NCBI GenBank assembly: GCA_020184695.1
Contig: JAANOX010000153.1
Span: forward strand, 930,001-994,000
Direction of reading: 5' to 3'
DNA from: Histomonas meleagridis 2922-C6/04-290x
Taxonomy: Eukaryota; Protista; Parabasalia
Length of the DNA stretch: 64,000 nucleotides
In this document: piece by piece, positions 1 to 10,896 of the stretch
How positions within the stretch are numbered: the stretch's first letter is position 1
How the letters are laid out: every line of letters starts with the position of its first letter
Program-made: the position numbers and the translations under genes
Notes under the pieces: model-generated
Database searches by the model: none
Told to the model about the DNA's origin: nothing
The model's input: the letters and a program-made list of their open reading frames with translations, nothing else

Positions 1-1417
1 CATGAAAAAAATCACATTCGATGACTGATTTCTCACATAAAATCGATGGACAAAACGGATACATAATACGTAACTTTTTAATTTTCAATGATAATTCATA
101 TAATAATGTACTAATTTGAGAATATGAATCGAAGAATTTCTTTCTGTTCATTTCGGCTGCAGCTGTCCAAAATTCTTTATGAGCTATTACGAATTTTAAT
201 ATTTGTATTCGATATTTATTTAATTCACGTGATATAATTGGTGATAAATAAGTTGAAGTTTGCATAAAACAATATACAAATTGATATAAAATATATTGCG
301 TAGCGAAATCAAATATATCTAATGATAATAAATGTAACATAAATTGATATATTTCAGATGTCGAACTCCAAAAAGTCATATATAAGAAAACAGTGTTAGC
401 TAATACCCATTCATTCTCTGGAAATCGAATTAAACAATACTCAATAAATGTTTCGCTTTGTATTAACTTATTACCTGACGTCATTCCTAATTTAATGATT
501 TGTTTTAATGTTCGTTCATTCGTTACACGTGATAATGTTTCATGAATAGATTCTGCTGATTGTTCATTATCTAATTGATCTAATATCTTAAAAATAGATC
601 TTCGTCGTGAATTATGAACTTGATGAATAACTAAAAATATTAACAAAGCAAAAATAGGAAAAACAGAAATAAATGGACCGGAATTAATGATAAATCCATT
701 TAATATGGCAAAATCAATGATAAAGATTAAACATGAAAAAAAGAATTTCGTGGCAAGAACTTCATTCGTGATGAAGAACATCATTGGTAAATCTAATAGC
801 ACAGATAAAAACATAAAAAAAGAATATACACAGCCAATGACAAATACAATCGGTTGTGTAATTAGGCCTAAGTTCGTCCCCATAAAGGAAACTACTGATA
901 TTAAAAATATCGAAAATGGATATAAGAAGGAAGTGATAGAAAACCATTCAGAAACTGTGGCGCGTTGCGTTATTATGAAGTTGGATTCCCCAAAATGTAA
1001 AAATGAAATCATGATTAAATAAAAAACAAAAATAATTATAAAGATTACATGATATGCTTTCGTGCTTGAATGAATCATACAATAGATACAATAGATAAAA
1101 AGACCTGAGGTAACTGGTAATAACATATTATGAATTCGTGACTCTAGGAAAAGATGTAATGTAACACATACTGATGGAGAAATTAAACATATCACAAATG
1201 AAATAAGAGAGGCAACCATACCAACACAAAATATGATAAGAAATATGGGAACTGGGATAAAACCTGGAGTAATTTCTGAAAAAATTTCTGAAAGATAAAA
1301 TGGTGCTTCTAATTGTGTATATTTTTCAATTCGTGTAGGGACTTGACCAACAATTGCATACGTAATTGCAAAATATAAAAATAATAGATCAAAAACATAT
1401 ATCAGAAATGAAAACAT
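1..1417 (-). CDS. Multi-pass membrane protein, TmcB/TPR-like receptor family (3' end runs off the window)
   Basis: Hand translation from ATG 1417 (MFSFLIYVFDLLFLYFAITY...) stays open to base 1, which is why it is absent from the ORF track. About 8 hydrophobic segments are followed by a helical region ending ...LRIMYPFCPSILCEKSVIECDFFH, resembling the N-terminus of parabasalid receptor-type cyclase/TmcB-like proteins (family call is inference). Confidence 0.65.
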   Translation of the reverse strand, partial: MFSFLIYVFDLLFLYFAITYAIVGQVPTRIEKYTQLEAPFYLSEIFSEITPGFIPVPIFLIIFCVGMVASLISFVICLISPSVCVTLHLFLESRIHNMLLPVTSGLFIYCIYCMIHSSTKAYHVIFIIIFVFYLIMISFLHFGESNFIITQRATVSEWFSITSFLYPFSIFLISVVSFMGTNLGLITQPIVFVIGCVYSFFMFLSVLLDLPMMFFITNEVLATKFFFSCLIFIIDFAILNGFIINSGPFISVFPIFALLIFLVIHQVHNSRRRSIFKILDQLDNEQSAESIHETLSRVTNERTLKQIIKLGMTSGNKLIQSETFIEYCLIRFPENEWVLANTVFLYMTFWSSTSEIYQFMLHLLSLDIFDFATQYILYQFVYCFMQTSTYLSPIISRELNKYRIQILKFVIAHKEFWTAAAEMNRKKFFDSYSQISTLLYELSLKIKKLRIMYPFCPSILCEKSVIECDFFH

Positions 1418-2101
1418 TGTGGATTTTGTTGAAGAATTCATTAAAACTGTTTCAAACCTAAAAAATTGATATTTTAATAGTGTTTTGTTTGGTTTCTCTA
1501 TGTTGGTAAGAGGTTTTGACATTACATTTTCCTTGTGCCCCATACAGTGATATTTACAACCGTTTAAAAACAGTTGATATTCAAATAAACGGTCGGTGGC
1601 GTAAAAAAAAACAAATTGATAAATTTAAATAATACAAGATATGATATCGTGTACAGACATAAATAATGAATAATATACATCATAGGTATTCTATATTTTC
1701 TGGAAAAAAAACAAAAAATATAAAATTATAAAGAGATTTAGTGTAAAGAAATTTCGATGTTTTTTTTTAAAAAAAAATTGATATTTAATTCAAAAACGAA
1801 AATAGTAAGTTACCATTAAAGAAAGGTATCAGAATATTCAAAAGATTTTTTGATATCAATTGGAGGATGAAGAAGTTTTTCGACCGTTAAAAAATTATTG
1901 TGCAAAAATTCACTAAATGCAATAATTTTTTAGATGATTCCAAAAAAATATCCAAATGGATATTTTATGAGGTGCTCCTGATTGCTCTTAGAGTCGTTGT
2001 AAAGTTTTTATAAAATATGATAAATATTCACATCTTAATCAAAAAAAAGTTTTCATTTCCACAAAATTGCAATGTGTTAATTCAATTTTTCTTTACAAAA
2101 C

Positions 2102-3004
2102 TTAAATCGGTGGTGTCACAAAGCAGTACTCTTCGCATGATCCATCTCCGCAATCAGCCCCGCATGTGTACACTAAAATCGGCCCGAAGTCCATTGGCGA
2201 GTTTGGATCGAGTTTATATATAATCGTTGGCATTAGTTCGAGCTCAAAGACTCTTTCGGCGCCGCATTTCGAACATCGCGGAACATTAATATCAACCTTC
2301 TCGGGCAGTAATGGAGTACCAAAGCGACTGTAGCGTATTACTTGCTCAGGACAACGTGACATTCGCTCATTATATTCGACAAGTTCCGGTGTAATTTCAA
2401 AATCAGGCAAATCTTCCTCATTAATTGTGGAGGCTGTTGAGTCAACAGATGACGAGATGGTAAATTGTATTCCTTTCTCTAAAAGTGCTTCAGGTTCATC
2501 AAATGTCTCAATGTAATATGCTGGAAATCGACCAATTTCTTTTTGAGGACGATTAGACTTCTTGCCTTTCTTGGGAGGTGGTTGTTTTTTATTGGTTGGA
2601 GGAGTTGTAAATGAACTTAATGCTGCAAGAAGATCGTCAGGTGATGAGGATTGATTAGAAAGATCTGAACTACCAAAAAGTGGAGTGTTCTGATTGGTTT
2701 GAGGAGCTTGTGGAGTTTCAGGAGGAGCAGATATGGATTTAACTTGGCGAAATACACGTGCTTCTTTCCCACATTTTGGACAAACAAATAAATATATAAT
2801 CCGATCAAAATCATCGTTAGTTGGACAATCGCAACTGAGAATAAGGGCTAAATTGCATTTACATTTGGTGCATTTAACTTGATTGAAATCTTTAGGTTCC
2901 CCGCAAAGCCACTTTGGAACACCACCAATTTTGGTGACACCTTCTTCGGCTGGAACATAAACTGGGTCTTCGGGAACGCCAAGTGTCACATAAGAACCAC
3001 TCAT
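2102..3004 (-). CDS. PDCD2: PDCD2/PDCD2L (Tsr4-like) uS5 chaperone
   Basis: KIGGVPKWL, CxxC...LALILSCDCP...RIIYLFVC, and C-terminal PDCD2_C (EQVIRYS...VPRCSKCGAERVFELELMP...MDFG...VYTC). Real ATG at 3004; the ORF track starts at TTG 3007. Confidence 0.85.
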   Translation of the reverse strand: MSGSYVTLGVPEDPVYVPAEEGVTKIGGVPKWLCGEPKDFNQVKCTKCKCNLALILSCDCPTNDDFDRIIYLFVCPKCGKEARVFRQVKSISAPPETPQAPQTNQNTPLFGSSDLSNQSSSPDDLLAALSSFTTPPTNKKQPPPKKGKKSNRPQKEIGRFPAYYIETFDEPEALLEKGIQFTISSSVDSTASTINEEDLPDFEITPELVEYNERMSRCPEQVIRYSRFGTPLLPEKVDINVPRCSKCGAERVFELELMPTIIYKLDPNSPMDFGPILVYTCGADCGDGSCEEYCFVTPPI

Positions 3005-3125
3005 CAAAGAAACAACCGCCAGAGTTTCACTAAGTTTGTCTGGCTAAACCAAAATCTAATAGACCGTTTAATAAACAAGAAAAATTTATGACTTTTTAAT
3101 ACAGTTTTGATCGTTGCATTCCATT

Positions 3126-4490
3126 TTAGTTTTCATCTTCTTCATGTTGGGTTGTGAGTTGCTGATAAATAATTTCAATATTTTCTCTATCACTTTCAGA
3201 GATATCTTGACTTTGTATTTGTTGGATTGAAGCAATGATATTCTCTTGATAAGGTTCAATAATCGATGAATCCAATAAAAACAAACGATGGAAATGTTTG
3301 AGTAATCCGATTATAGAATCGACACTTAAACATGGAATTATATCACAAAGGAATAAAAGACAATTTGGCTCATTTCCCACATTTGCTAATGTATTTATAT
3401 CACAAAAATCAAAGAATTTTATTAATGTTTCAGCAACATATTCTTTATTATTATATTCAATCAGATCGATTGAATCAATAATCACCGAAATTAAACCAAA
3501 ATCATAAAACTGATTCCACATTAAACTCATTAATGATTTCATAACCTCAAAAAAGATATATGCCGGTGTTGTAAAATATTGATTATAGTCATCATTTAAA
3601 ATTCTAATAAACACATCATTTGCAAAATAATCAGTATACTCATGTTGTATAAAAAGCAAAATTGATTCATATAGAGCTAAATGTTGTGTTGAGTCTGTTG
3701 TTTGAAATGCTCTCAAAAGTGACTCAGGGAGATTAAATTCAATTGAATTTTGGAAGTTTGAATCTTTTTGAATTAAATGTGAAATGATTTTCGCATCAAA
3801 TGAAACGATTCTTGAAATTGGATTCGATAATATCTCAATAAAATTATGCAAAAACTGATCAAAAACGTCACTAACATCACTTCGAACAAGAGATAAAACA
3901 AATCGAATCGTGGGATTAATAATTCCATATGGTGTTGAGTTGGAAAGAACATTTGATAAAAACAACATAAAGTTTTGGTCGAGAAAGGGCTGAAATAACA
4001 TAGGAAAATAAGATCCAACATTTGCTATAGCAGAAAGTGCAAGACGTGCCGTGTCCAAATCAGGTGAAAAACATTTTTGAAAGACTGATCCTATTAAATT
4101 AGGATCAATTAAAAGTGGTGAATAAGTTTGTATATACCAAAAATTAATTAAGAGATGAATGGTGCTATTGGCTAGTTCACCTTCACTGTTAACTAATTCA
4201 ACCATTTTTTGGATAAATTCAGGAATAAAAACAACTTCATTCGGATTGAATTGATCTGAGCTTGAAATTTTTTTCATTTCATTAAGTGATTCCAATACAT
4301 CTACATTATTTACAACATTAGCTACTAACATTGAAAAGTTTCCTAAATCACAATTAGTATTGTCTTCAATTATAGACATTTTTTCTTGCGTTGGGATCAT
4401 AGTATACTGGCTTCTTGGAAATTCAAATTCTCTTTGTGTTAAGCGAAGATTAGAGCTGTTTTTTGGTCTTTGGCTACATTTGTAATTCAT
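3126..4490 (-). CDS. ARM/HEAT-like helical repeat protein
   Basis: 454-aa intact ORF with Leu/Ile-rich helical periodicity (ARLALSAIANVG). Similar in style to 60324-61631. Confidence 0.65.
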   Translation of the reverse strand: MNYKCSQRPKNSSNLRLTQREFEFPRSQYTMIPTQEKMSIIEDNTNCDLGNFSMLVANVVNNVDVLESLNEMKKISSSDQFNPNEVVFIPEFIQKMVELVNSEGELANSTIHLLINFWYIQTYSPLLIDPNLIGSVFQKCFSPDLDTARLALSAIANVGSYFPMLFQPFLDQNFMLFLSNVLSNSTPYGIINPTIRFVLSLVRSDVSDVFDQFLHNFIEILSNPISRIVSFDAKIISHLIQKDSNFQNSIEFNLPESLLRAFQTTDSTQHLALYESILLFIQHEYTDYFANDVFIRILNDDYNQYFTTPAYIFFEVMKSLMSLMWNQFYDFGLISVIIDSIDLIEYNNKEYVAETLIKFFDFCDINTLANVGNEPNCLLFLCDIIPCLSVDSIIGLLKHFHRLFLLDSSIIEPYQENIIASIQQIQSQDISESDRENIEIIYQQLTTQHEEDEN

Positions 4491-4545
4491 GGAGGCCGTT
4501 TAAAAAACGTTTGGATTTTCACTTTTTGATTAAAATCTAAATTTT

Positions 4546-5691
4546 ATGTTCAAGTCAGATAATTCAGAACCAAAATGGGGTGTTGTTGTGCAGAGCAGCA
4601 TCCCAACAATCTCACCCTCTAATTCTCCAATGAGTAGAAAAAATAAGTCTGATGATTCAAATCAATTTTGGGAAAATTTAAAAAAGCAACCAGCAATTTC
4701 TCTCTGTTCTCCAAGACGCACTCCTACTAAAAATACAAATAAATTGGAATATCGTCAATCAGATGAAATTTTCAAAAATAATTTCCAAAAAACAAACGAA
4801 CAAAATATTGAACAGCCTTCAAAGAAAAGTACTATTTTTGTTCACTCTGATTCTGATTATTATTCTGATGAAAATGATATCATTATCACAAATATTTCTG
4901 AAAGGTCACCCACACTTTTAAGTGCGCATAAAACAAATGAACCAAAGCCTACAAGGTATGCACTTAAAAAAGAACAAGAAATTTCTTCATCAGACGAAAA
5001 TAGTAATACTTTACCAATTCCTGATGATGAACCTCAAATTCCTCAAGCAGACATCCAAACAACAAATTTCAACATTAATTCAGATGATGAAAATTCTTCG
5101 ATACCTCTTCCACAAATCGAAGAATCAGATGATGAAATTCCACCAGTGGAACAAAAAGCTATTCCTGTTAAAAAGGCACCAACAAAATCACCTAAAAACA
5201 AAAAGCAAAAGCAAAAAGACCCAACAGAAGAATCTCAAACCCCACGGAGATCTCCACGAAAAAGGAAACCAACGCAAAACGATGATTACATTGCTACAAC
5301 TCAAAGGAAAGACGCAAGCGAAACAAAGAAAACTAAAAATCCGAAACAAAACGAAACATCAGACAAAAAAGAAGCAAAACCTAAAAAAGTGACACCCAAA
5401 AAGAGTAAATCGCAAAATCCTAAAGTATCGCTTTCACAAGAACCACGAATTCGAAGAAACACGCCAAAGAAATCTCGCCAACAAAGTAGCATCTCACAAA
5501 GGTCAATTGATGTCCATGAGGATGATGATGGAGATGAAGATACAAGTTTACCAATTGCATTAAGAAGAAAAAAGAGAATGCATGTTGGCCCACTTCGCTA
5601 CTGGCTTGGGGAAAGACTTGTATATAAACCTACAGATGATGGACTCTCAATTGACAAGATAATTAAGTGTGATTCCACCGATGAAGACTAG
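4546..5691 (+). CDS. CENP-C/Mif2-motif kinetochore protein (disordered, no cupin domain)
   Basis: Long basic/acidic low-complexity region ending in RRKKRMHVGPLRYWLGERLVY, which matches the CENP-C motif RxxRxxxxPLxYWxGERxxY. Confidence 0.7.
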   Translation: MFKSDNSEPKWGVVVQSSIPTISPSNSPMSRKNKSDDSNQFWENLKKQPAISLCSPRRTPTKNTNKLEYRQSDEIFKNNFQKTNEQNIEQPSKKSTIFVHSDSDYYSDENDIIITNISERSPTLLSAHKTNEPKPTRYALKKEQEISSSDENSNTLPIPDDEPQIPQADIQTTNFNINSDDENSSIPLPQIEESDDEIPPVEQKAIPVKKAPTKSPKNKKQKQKDPTEESQTPRRSPRKRKPTQNDDYIATTQRKDASETKKTKNPKQNETSDKKEAKPKKVTPKKSKSQNPKVSLSQEPRIRRNTPKKSRQQSSISQRSIDVHEDDDGDEDTSLPIALRRKKRMHVGPLRYWLGERLVYKPTDDGLSIDKIIKCDSTDED

Positions 5692-5786
5692 ATTATTTTA
5701 ATTCAAATATTTTTGTCATGTTGTTTTCTTTCAAAAAGTTTTGACAAACGTAAACTTAACAAAATTGTTATGACCATTTTTTCCAA

Positions 5787-7604
5787 GTGTCAGCTAAACC
5801 AGTTGAAGAAGAAAATAAGCAAAGAAAAATGCTTAAACGAAAGCCGATTGAAGTAGGCCAAATTTCAGATACATTTATTCAATATTATAAAACAATTTTA
5901 GCAAACCAATTATCCCCAGAAGAAATCGAAGAAGTTTTTGCTAAACTCAGAACACCACTTCCAAGTGTATTCAGGCTTTCACACCTATCTCCAAATATAT
6001 CAAAAATTGAAGAAGAAATGAATTCACATTTTGAAAATCTTCGTTCATTAGGTGTTGATGCAACAGAAATAAAAGCATTTCCACCTGATTATGGGCGTAT
6101 TTATCGACTTCCTTTAGACAAAGGTGTTTTACGTCGTGATGAAAGATTTAGACCATTTCGTGATTGGCTCAATCTTCAAACAAAGCTTGGTAGATGTCAT
6201 AGACAAGAATTTGTTTCCATGACGCCACCATATTTTCTTGATGTTCATCCTGATCATTCTGTTCTCGATACATGTGCTGCACCTGGTTCCAAAACCACAC
6301 AAATCATTGAGCGCCTTGGCGACAATGGTTATGTTATTGCTAATGATAGTGATCCCAAACGTTGTCATCCATTAGTTCATCAATTACAACGCATTGGAAC
6401 ACAAAATGTTCTTGTTTCAAGTTCACAGGCACAATTTCTTGACTTCAAAGGTGAACAATTTGACCGTGTTTTATGTGATGTTCCATGTACAGGTGATGGA
6501 ACATTACGAAAGAATCCAGCAGCTGGAGCACATTGGACACCAAAAGGTGCAGGTGCAATGCATGGCCTTCAAAAGCTTATTCTAAAGCGAGGGCTCGAGC
6601 TTCTTAAAGTTGGTGGCAAATGTGTTTATTCAACTTGCTCGATGAATCCCATTGAAGACGAAGCGGTTGTGAATTCGGTTTTACTCGAATTGAGAGGAGC
6701 CGTTGAAATTGTCGATACCTCAGAAATGTTTCCGGAATTGAAAAGACATAACGGTTTGACCGATTGGGTGGTTTACGACACTGGAAAAGATGACTTGGAG
6801 ACCGTTTACAAGACGCCTGAGGACGTTTTACCAAGTCGAAAACAACATGGACATCCTTCAATATTCCCTCAGCCTCAAGTTGAAGGACTTTCCAGGTGCA
6901 TGAGATTCTATCCTCAAGACTTTGACAGCGGAGGATTCTTTGTTGCTGTATTAACAAAGGTAAAGGAATTCGAAAGAGTTACTTCACCACCTTCAAAGCC
7001 TCAAAAGCCATTGACTGAAGCTCCATATCTCCCAATGAAACAACAGGTGCCTGAAGTTCTTGAATGTATCAAAAATATATTTGGACTTCAAGATGACTTC
7101 CCATATGATCAACTTTACGTTCGAGACGAAAAGGCTGTTCATACCATATACTTTGTTGGCGAAAGAATATCGAAATTAATTAATGAATATGGATCTGTCA
7201 ATCTTCGAACAATTTCATGTGGGTGTCCAATCTTTACATGGAGAAGCTTCGCAAGTGACAAAAAAGCAACACCATATCCATGCGATGAAGGTATTCCGGT
7301 TCTCATCAAATATGCTACAAAACGCGTTTTTCGCGTTACACCAGAAGAAATGCGTCTTTTGTTGATCGCAGGACATAAGGCTGTTCCATTTAACCAGTTT
7401 TCAAAGGAAACATTTCAACAGATGGAAAACGTTGACTCAACTGGAGCAATATTTTATATACCAGACACGCCATTCAGGTACGGAGGAATGACATTCAAGA
7501 GCTCTGCGTCCGTATATTTGCGTAAGGACTTGTTACCTGTCGAACTTGAGAAGTTACTTCTTGCATACCCAAATCTTCCAAAAGAAGAAAATGAAAATAA
7601 ATAA
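5787..7604 (+). CDS. NSUN2: tRNA cytosine-C5 methyltransferase NSUN2/Trm4
   Basis: RQEFVSMTPP, VLDTCAAPGSKT, FDRVLCDVPCTGDGTLRK, VYSTCSMNPIEDEAVV, DSGGFFVAVL. Start uncertain: GTG 5787, in-frame ATG 5829, or out-of-frame ATG 5770 (see findings). Confidence 0.93.
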   Translation: MSAKPVEEENKQRKMLKRKPIEVGQISDTFIQYYKTILANQLSPEEIEEVFAKLRTPLPSVFRLSHLSPNISKIEEEMNSHFENLRSLGVDATEIKAFPPDYGRIYRLPLDKGVLRRDERFRPFRDWLNLQTKLGRCHRQEFVSMTPPYFLDVHPDHSVLDTCAAPGSKTTQIIERLGDNGYVIANDSDPKRCHPLVHQLQRIGTQNVLVSSSQAQFLDFKGEQFDRVLCDVPCTGDGTLRKNPAAGAHWTPKGAGAMHGLQKLILKRGLELLKVGGKCVYSTCSMNPIEDEAVVNSVLLELRGAVEIVDTSEMFPELKRHNGLTDWVVYDTGKDDLETVYKTPEDVLPSRKQHGHPSIFPQPQVEGLSRCMRFYPQDFDSGGFFVAVLTKVKEFERVTSPPSKPQKPLTEAPYLPMKQQVPEVLECIKNIFGLQDDFPYDQLYVRDEKAVHTIYFVGERISKLINEYGSVNLRTISCGCPIFTWRSFASDKKATPYPCDEGIPVLIKYATKRVFRVTPEEMRLLLIAGHKAVPFNQFSKETFQQMENVDSTGAIFYIPDTPFRYGGMTFKSSASVYLRKDLLPVELEKLLLAYPNLPKEENENK

Positions 7605-8159
7605 ATAAAACATTTTAATAATTCATTTATCTAAACTGTTTAGGAAATGTTCAGAAATTCTACATATTTAGATCATTTATTATAGCATTATTGCATGATT
7701 TATATTATTTATTTTCTGAACATAAATATTACAGCTTGATTGATGTTTACATTCTTCAATATATATTTTTTGAGTTCAGTTCATAATTGTTTTTAAGATT
7801 CAGGAAAAATTTATAACCATTCATTTGTTCAAGTAGAGCAATTAAAAAGCTTTCGTCAATGGAGATTTTCTGTTTATTAAAACTTATACATTATATATAT
7901 TTATTCTTATTAATCATTTTGATTGTTGAATGATTTATATAAAATTTTATTTCGATACTTTTCTAATGATAAAATCTGTTTTAAAACAAACAATGAGAAT
8001 ATAAATTTCATTATTAATAATGAAAGCTAATCCCTTCATGTGGCCAGAATTATTTTTGAAAAAACCGCTTGATGCGAACTTTTTGATAGGCTTGTAAACT
8101 GGAGACACACAAATTTGAATGCATTTCATCTTCAAGTGACCGTTGTTTAGATTTCAAAA

Positions 8160-9011
8160 ATGAAAAACAAAGAAAACATCAACTTCCCAATTCTTTACTT
8201 CCCTAAAACTAGCACAAAAAAACGAAAAGAGGCACCACTTTTATCATCGCAAGAAAACTTTGTACCCGAAACTGAATCGTTTAATTTTGCGAATTATTCT
8301 CAAAATTCGCCAAATTACGAATGGGATCTTTTATCAACCGAGCATATCGAAATTGGAGAGCATGATAAATCTCAAATTAGCGAAAAATCACTTGTTGCAT
8401 CAGAACTTTTACTTTCTCCAGAATTTATGGCTTCACAAAAAGCATCAAGTTACATTGAAACTAATAGTATTACTGATGTAGGATTACTTCCTATTTCACA
8501 TGATTCCGATATTAATTGTTATTGTAAAAAAGTAATTAATAACACGTCACTAATTGTCTGCTCTATTTGTGGCAGCAAAAGCCATCTAAAGTGTTATAGG
8601 CTTTTAGAAAACAAACTTCCACCACGTTTCATATGTTTTTATTGTCAATATAACATTGTTAAATCTATCCAAAAAATTGTTTTATCGTTCACGAATAATG
8701 TTCAAGAAATACTCGCGAAGTGTTTTGAAAAACTCAGTACCATTGAACCAATAGTTCGAGATATAGAAAATGATACATTAGTCAATATCAATGGCGAAAG
8801 AGAAATCAAAAAAATAGCTCAAGAATTTTCTGAATTTTGTCTTTTATGTGATCAAGCATGGGATGTAATAAACTCTGTTTGGGAAGAGACACAAAATAAT
8901 ATTCTTTATTCATGCATGATGAACCAACCAAATGAAGCAGAACAATCAGCACATCCACTGCTAATAAAACCATCAAAATCAAAGCCCGATTTATATGAAT
9001 ACAGTGATTAA
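8160..9011 (+). CDS. PHD-finger protein
   Basis: INCYC...IVCSICGSKSHLKCY...FICFYC fits the C4HC3 PHD pattern. Confidence 0.75.
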   Translation: MKNKENINFPILYFPKTSTKKRKEAPLLSSQENFVPETESFNFANYSQNSPNYEWDLLSTEHIEIGEHDKSQISEKSLVASELLLSPEFMASQKASSYIETNSITDVGLLPISHDSDINCYCKKVINNTSLIVCSICGSKSHLKCYRLLENKLPPRFICFYCQYNIVKSIQKIVLSFTNNVQEILAKCFEKLSTIEPIVRDIENDTLVNINGEREIKKIAQEFSEFCLLCDQAWDVINSVWEETQNNILYSCMMNQPNEAEQSAHPLLIKPSKSKPDLYEYSD

Positions 9012-9271
9012 TATGATGAATAAATTTTTTGTTAAATAATTGTTTTTGAAGTTCAAAACTTTTGATTCGAATGAATTTCATATTTCAAAAATAATATTAA
9101 AAAAAGCTGATTTTTAAACAAAAACAATAAATATATTTTTTTATATTACCACTTAAAATTGTAAATTTGAATTAATTTGAACGTTAAGAAGCCGATCGAA
9201 ACGGTCGCAACATTTACAGAAGTGTTTTGCAAATCAAAAAAATTTCAGATTACTGTTTATCTTTACATACC

Positions 9272-9592
9272 TTAAATTTGTTTCTTTTCTTCATTCTTTG
9301 GTTCTGCTGGCTTGGATCCAACTTTTGTGACGAAATCTAAAGGTATAATCACTGTTGGCATTTCACGAATTTCATCTCTAAAATACTCTTTTGCGCCTGT
9401 AAGAACGAAGTTGCCGAATTTATCAAATGCTGCAAAGCTTCCTGTGTAAACTCTATCATCTTTCAATTCCAAACGAAGTTGAACTTCTTCTTTAATCATG
9501 TTCGCCACTGCAAGTACATCTCCTGTTGGATTTTCTGGCATGTGTAAAATGCTTGGATCGTATTCGTTGCCTGAAGCGTTGTCAGAAGACAT
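9272..9592 (-). CDS. Sm/LSm-fold protein
   Basis: Sm1 motif LELKDDRVYTGSFAAFDKFGNFVL and Sm2-like TVIIPLDFVTKV. Confidence 0.8.
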   Translation of the reverse strand: MSSDNASGNEYDPSILHMPENPTGDVLAVANMIKEEVQLRLELKDDRVYTGSFAAFDKFGNFVLTGAKEYFRDEIREMPTVIIPLDFVTKVGSKPAEPKNEEKKQI

Positions 9593-10020
9593 TTCAGGAT
9601 GGTCCTGACAAGCTGCCTCAATTTTAACGGTCTCATATGAGTGACACTTTTAAGTAATCACATTCATTGGGAAAAATTTTTTTTCATGTTTTATTTATTC
9701 AATGGTTTTGTTTAAAAGGATAGAATGATCAGAATTTAGCGCAGTTCTAAATGTATAAACATTAGTGCAGTTCTTAAAATATTATAGTTTCAGAACTTTT
9801 AATAAATATTCGAAAAGGAAAAAAATTGAGCAGAGCTTTTTTTCATAATTAAAATGGTCCGGGAGAGATCTCATTATATAAAATCCATCGCATGTAATGT
9901 AGTTTTTTAAGATTTTTTAAATTTTTGTCAGTTTATATTTGGATTGTTTGAATTAAGATATTGATAAATATTTATTTGAACAATTTCCATCAATTTTGGT
10001 TTATATCCATTGATATTGTT

Positions 10021-10660
10021 TCAGTAAAATGACGTATTGATCTCTTCTCCAGCTGTCTGCATCGGTGCATTATTGAGCCTAACAAAAAATATGATGATAC
10101 CAATTGTGATTAAATTTAGGATAATACGGTACAAGCAATTCCAATAATAGCTTCTATGGGTAGATTGCTTCCTGGGTATTGTGACGTTGTATGTATTGAA
10201 AAGAAATTATATATTAGATTTAGAGATGTCGTTAAAAAAAAATGCAAGTGATCATAATATATAAAGTCAGTAGTTATGTATATTATCGGAGCCAACCATT
10301 GTGAGGGTGAAAGAATTATACTGGGAAATAATGTGTGAGAAAGATTGTGAAATAGTGATAGAGAATGAGATAATTATTCAATTCATTTGGTGTTACTTCA
10401 TCCATAGAATGCACCATTGAAGATAGACTATCTTGAATGATAATTGAGTTTAAATTTGAACATCTTTCAGATGCATAGTTTCCAATATTTGTTATCGTGT
10501 TTGTAATTACAAATGATTTACCTTTTTTCTTGCTTGAATAACATGCAATTTCTGATATGTCTTTATTACATTATATGTCTTTATATAATTTGAATATTTT
10601 GTATTATTTTTAAATACTTTTGTGTAGGATTGTACATTGCCGAAAGGCACCTCCTCCCAT
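10021..10660 (-). pseudogene. Degraded BspA (TpLRR) surface protein remnant
   Basis: Fragments GGGAFRQCTIL and KSFVITNTITNIGNYASERCSNLNSIIIQDS (TpLRR), an S/T-rich stalk, and a TM-like EAIIGIACTVL...TIGIIIFFVR, broken by stops and frameshifts. Confidence 0.6.
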
Positions 10661-10896
10661 TAATGCATTAAACCATATTCATTTAAAATGTCCACAATAT
10701 GATTTTCTCTAAAAAGTGTACATTTTTCCTCACTGTAACAACAATTCGATATTTCGCAATACAAATTAAAAAATTCCAATAATCGTCATCAGACTCATCC
10801 ACAAAATTCATCATTTGATGTGTTTCTATCACGTAACTCATTTACACATTTAAAATATCCTCCAATTAAAAATTCCAGAATTAAGTTATCCAACTT

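Noticed and set aside
687-1022. 111-aa plus-strand ORF and other short ORFs overlapping long genes (e.g. 4922-5392, 13205-13639, 18114-18524, 50744-51070)
   Set aside because: Antisense or alternate-frame shadows of well-supported genes, with no motifs.
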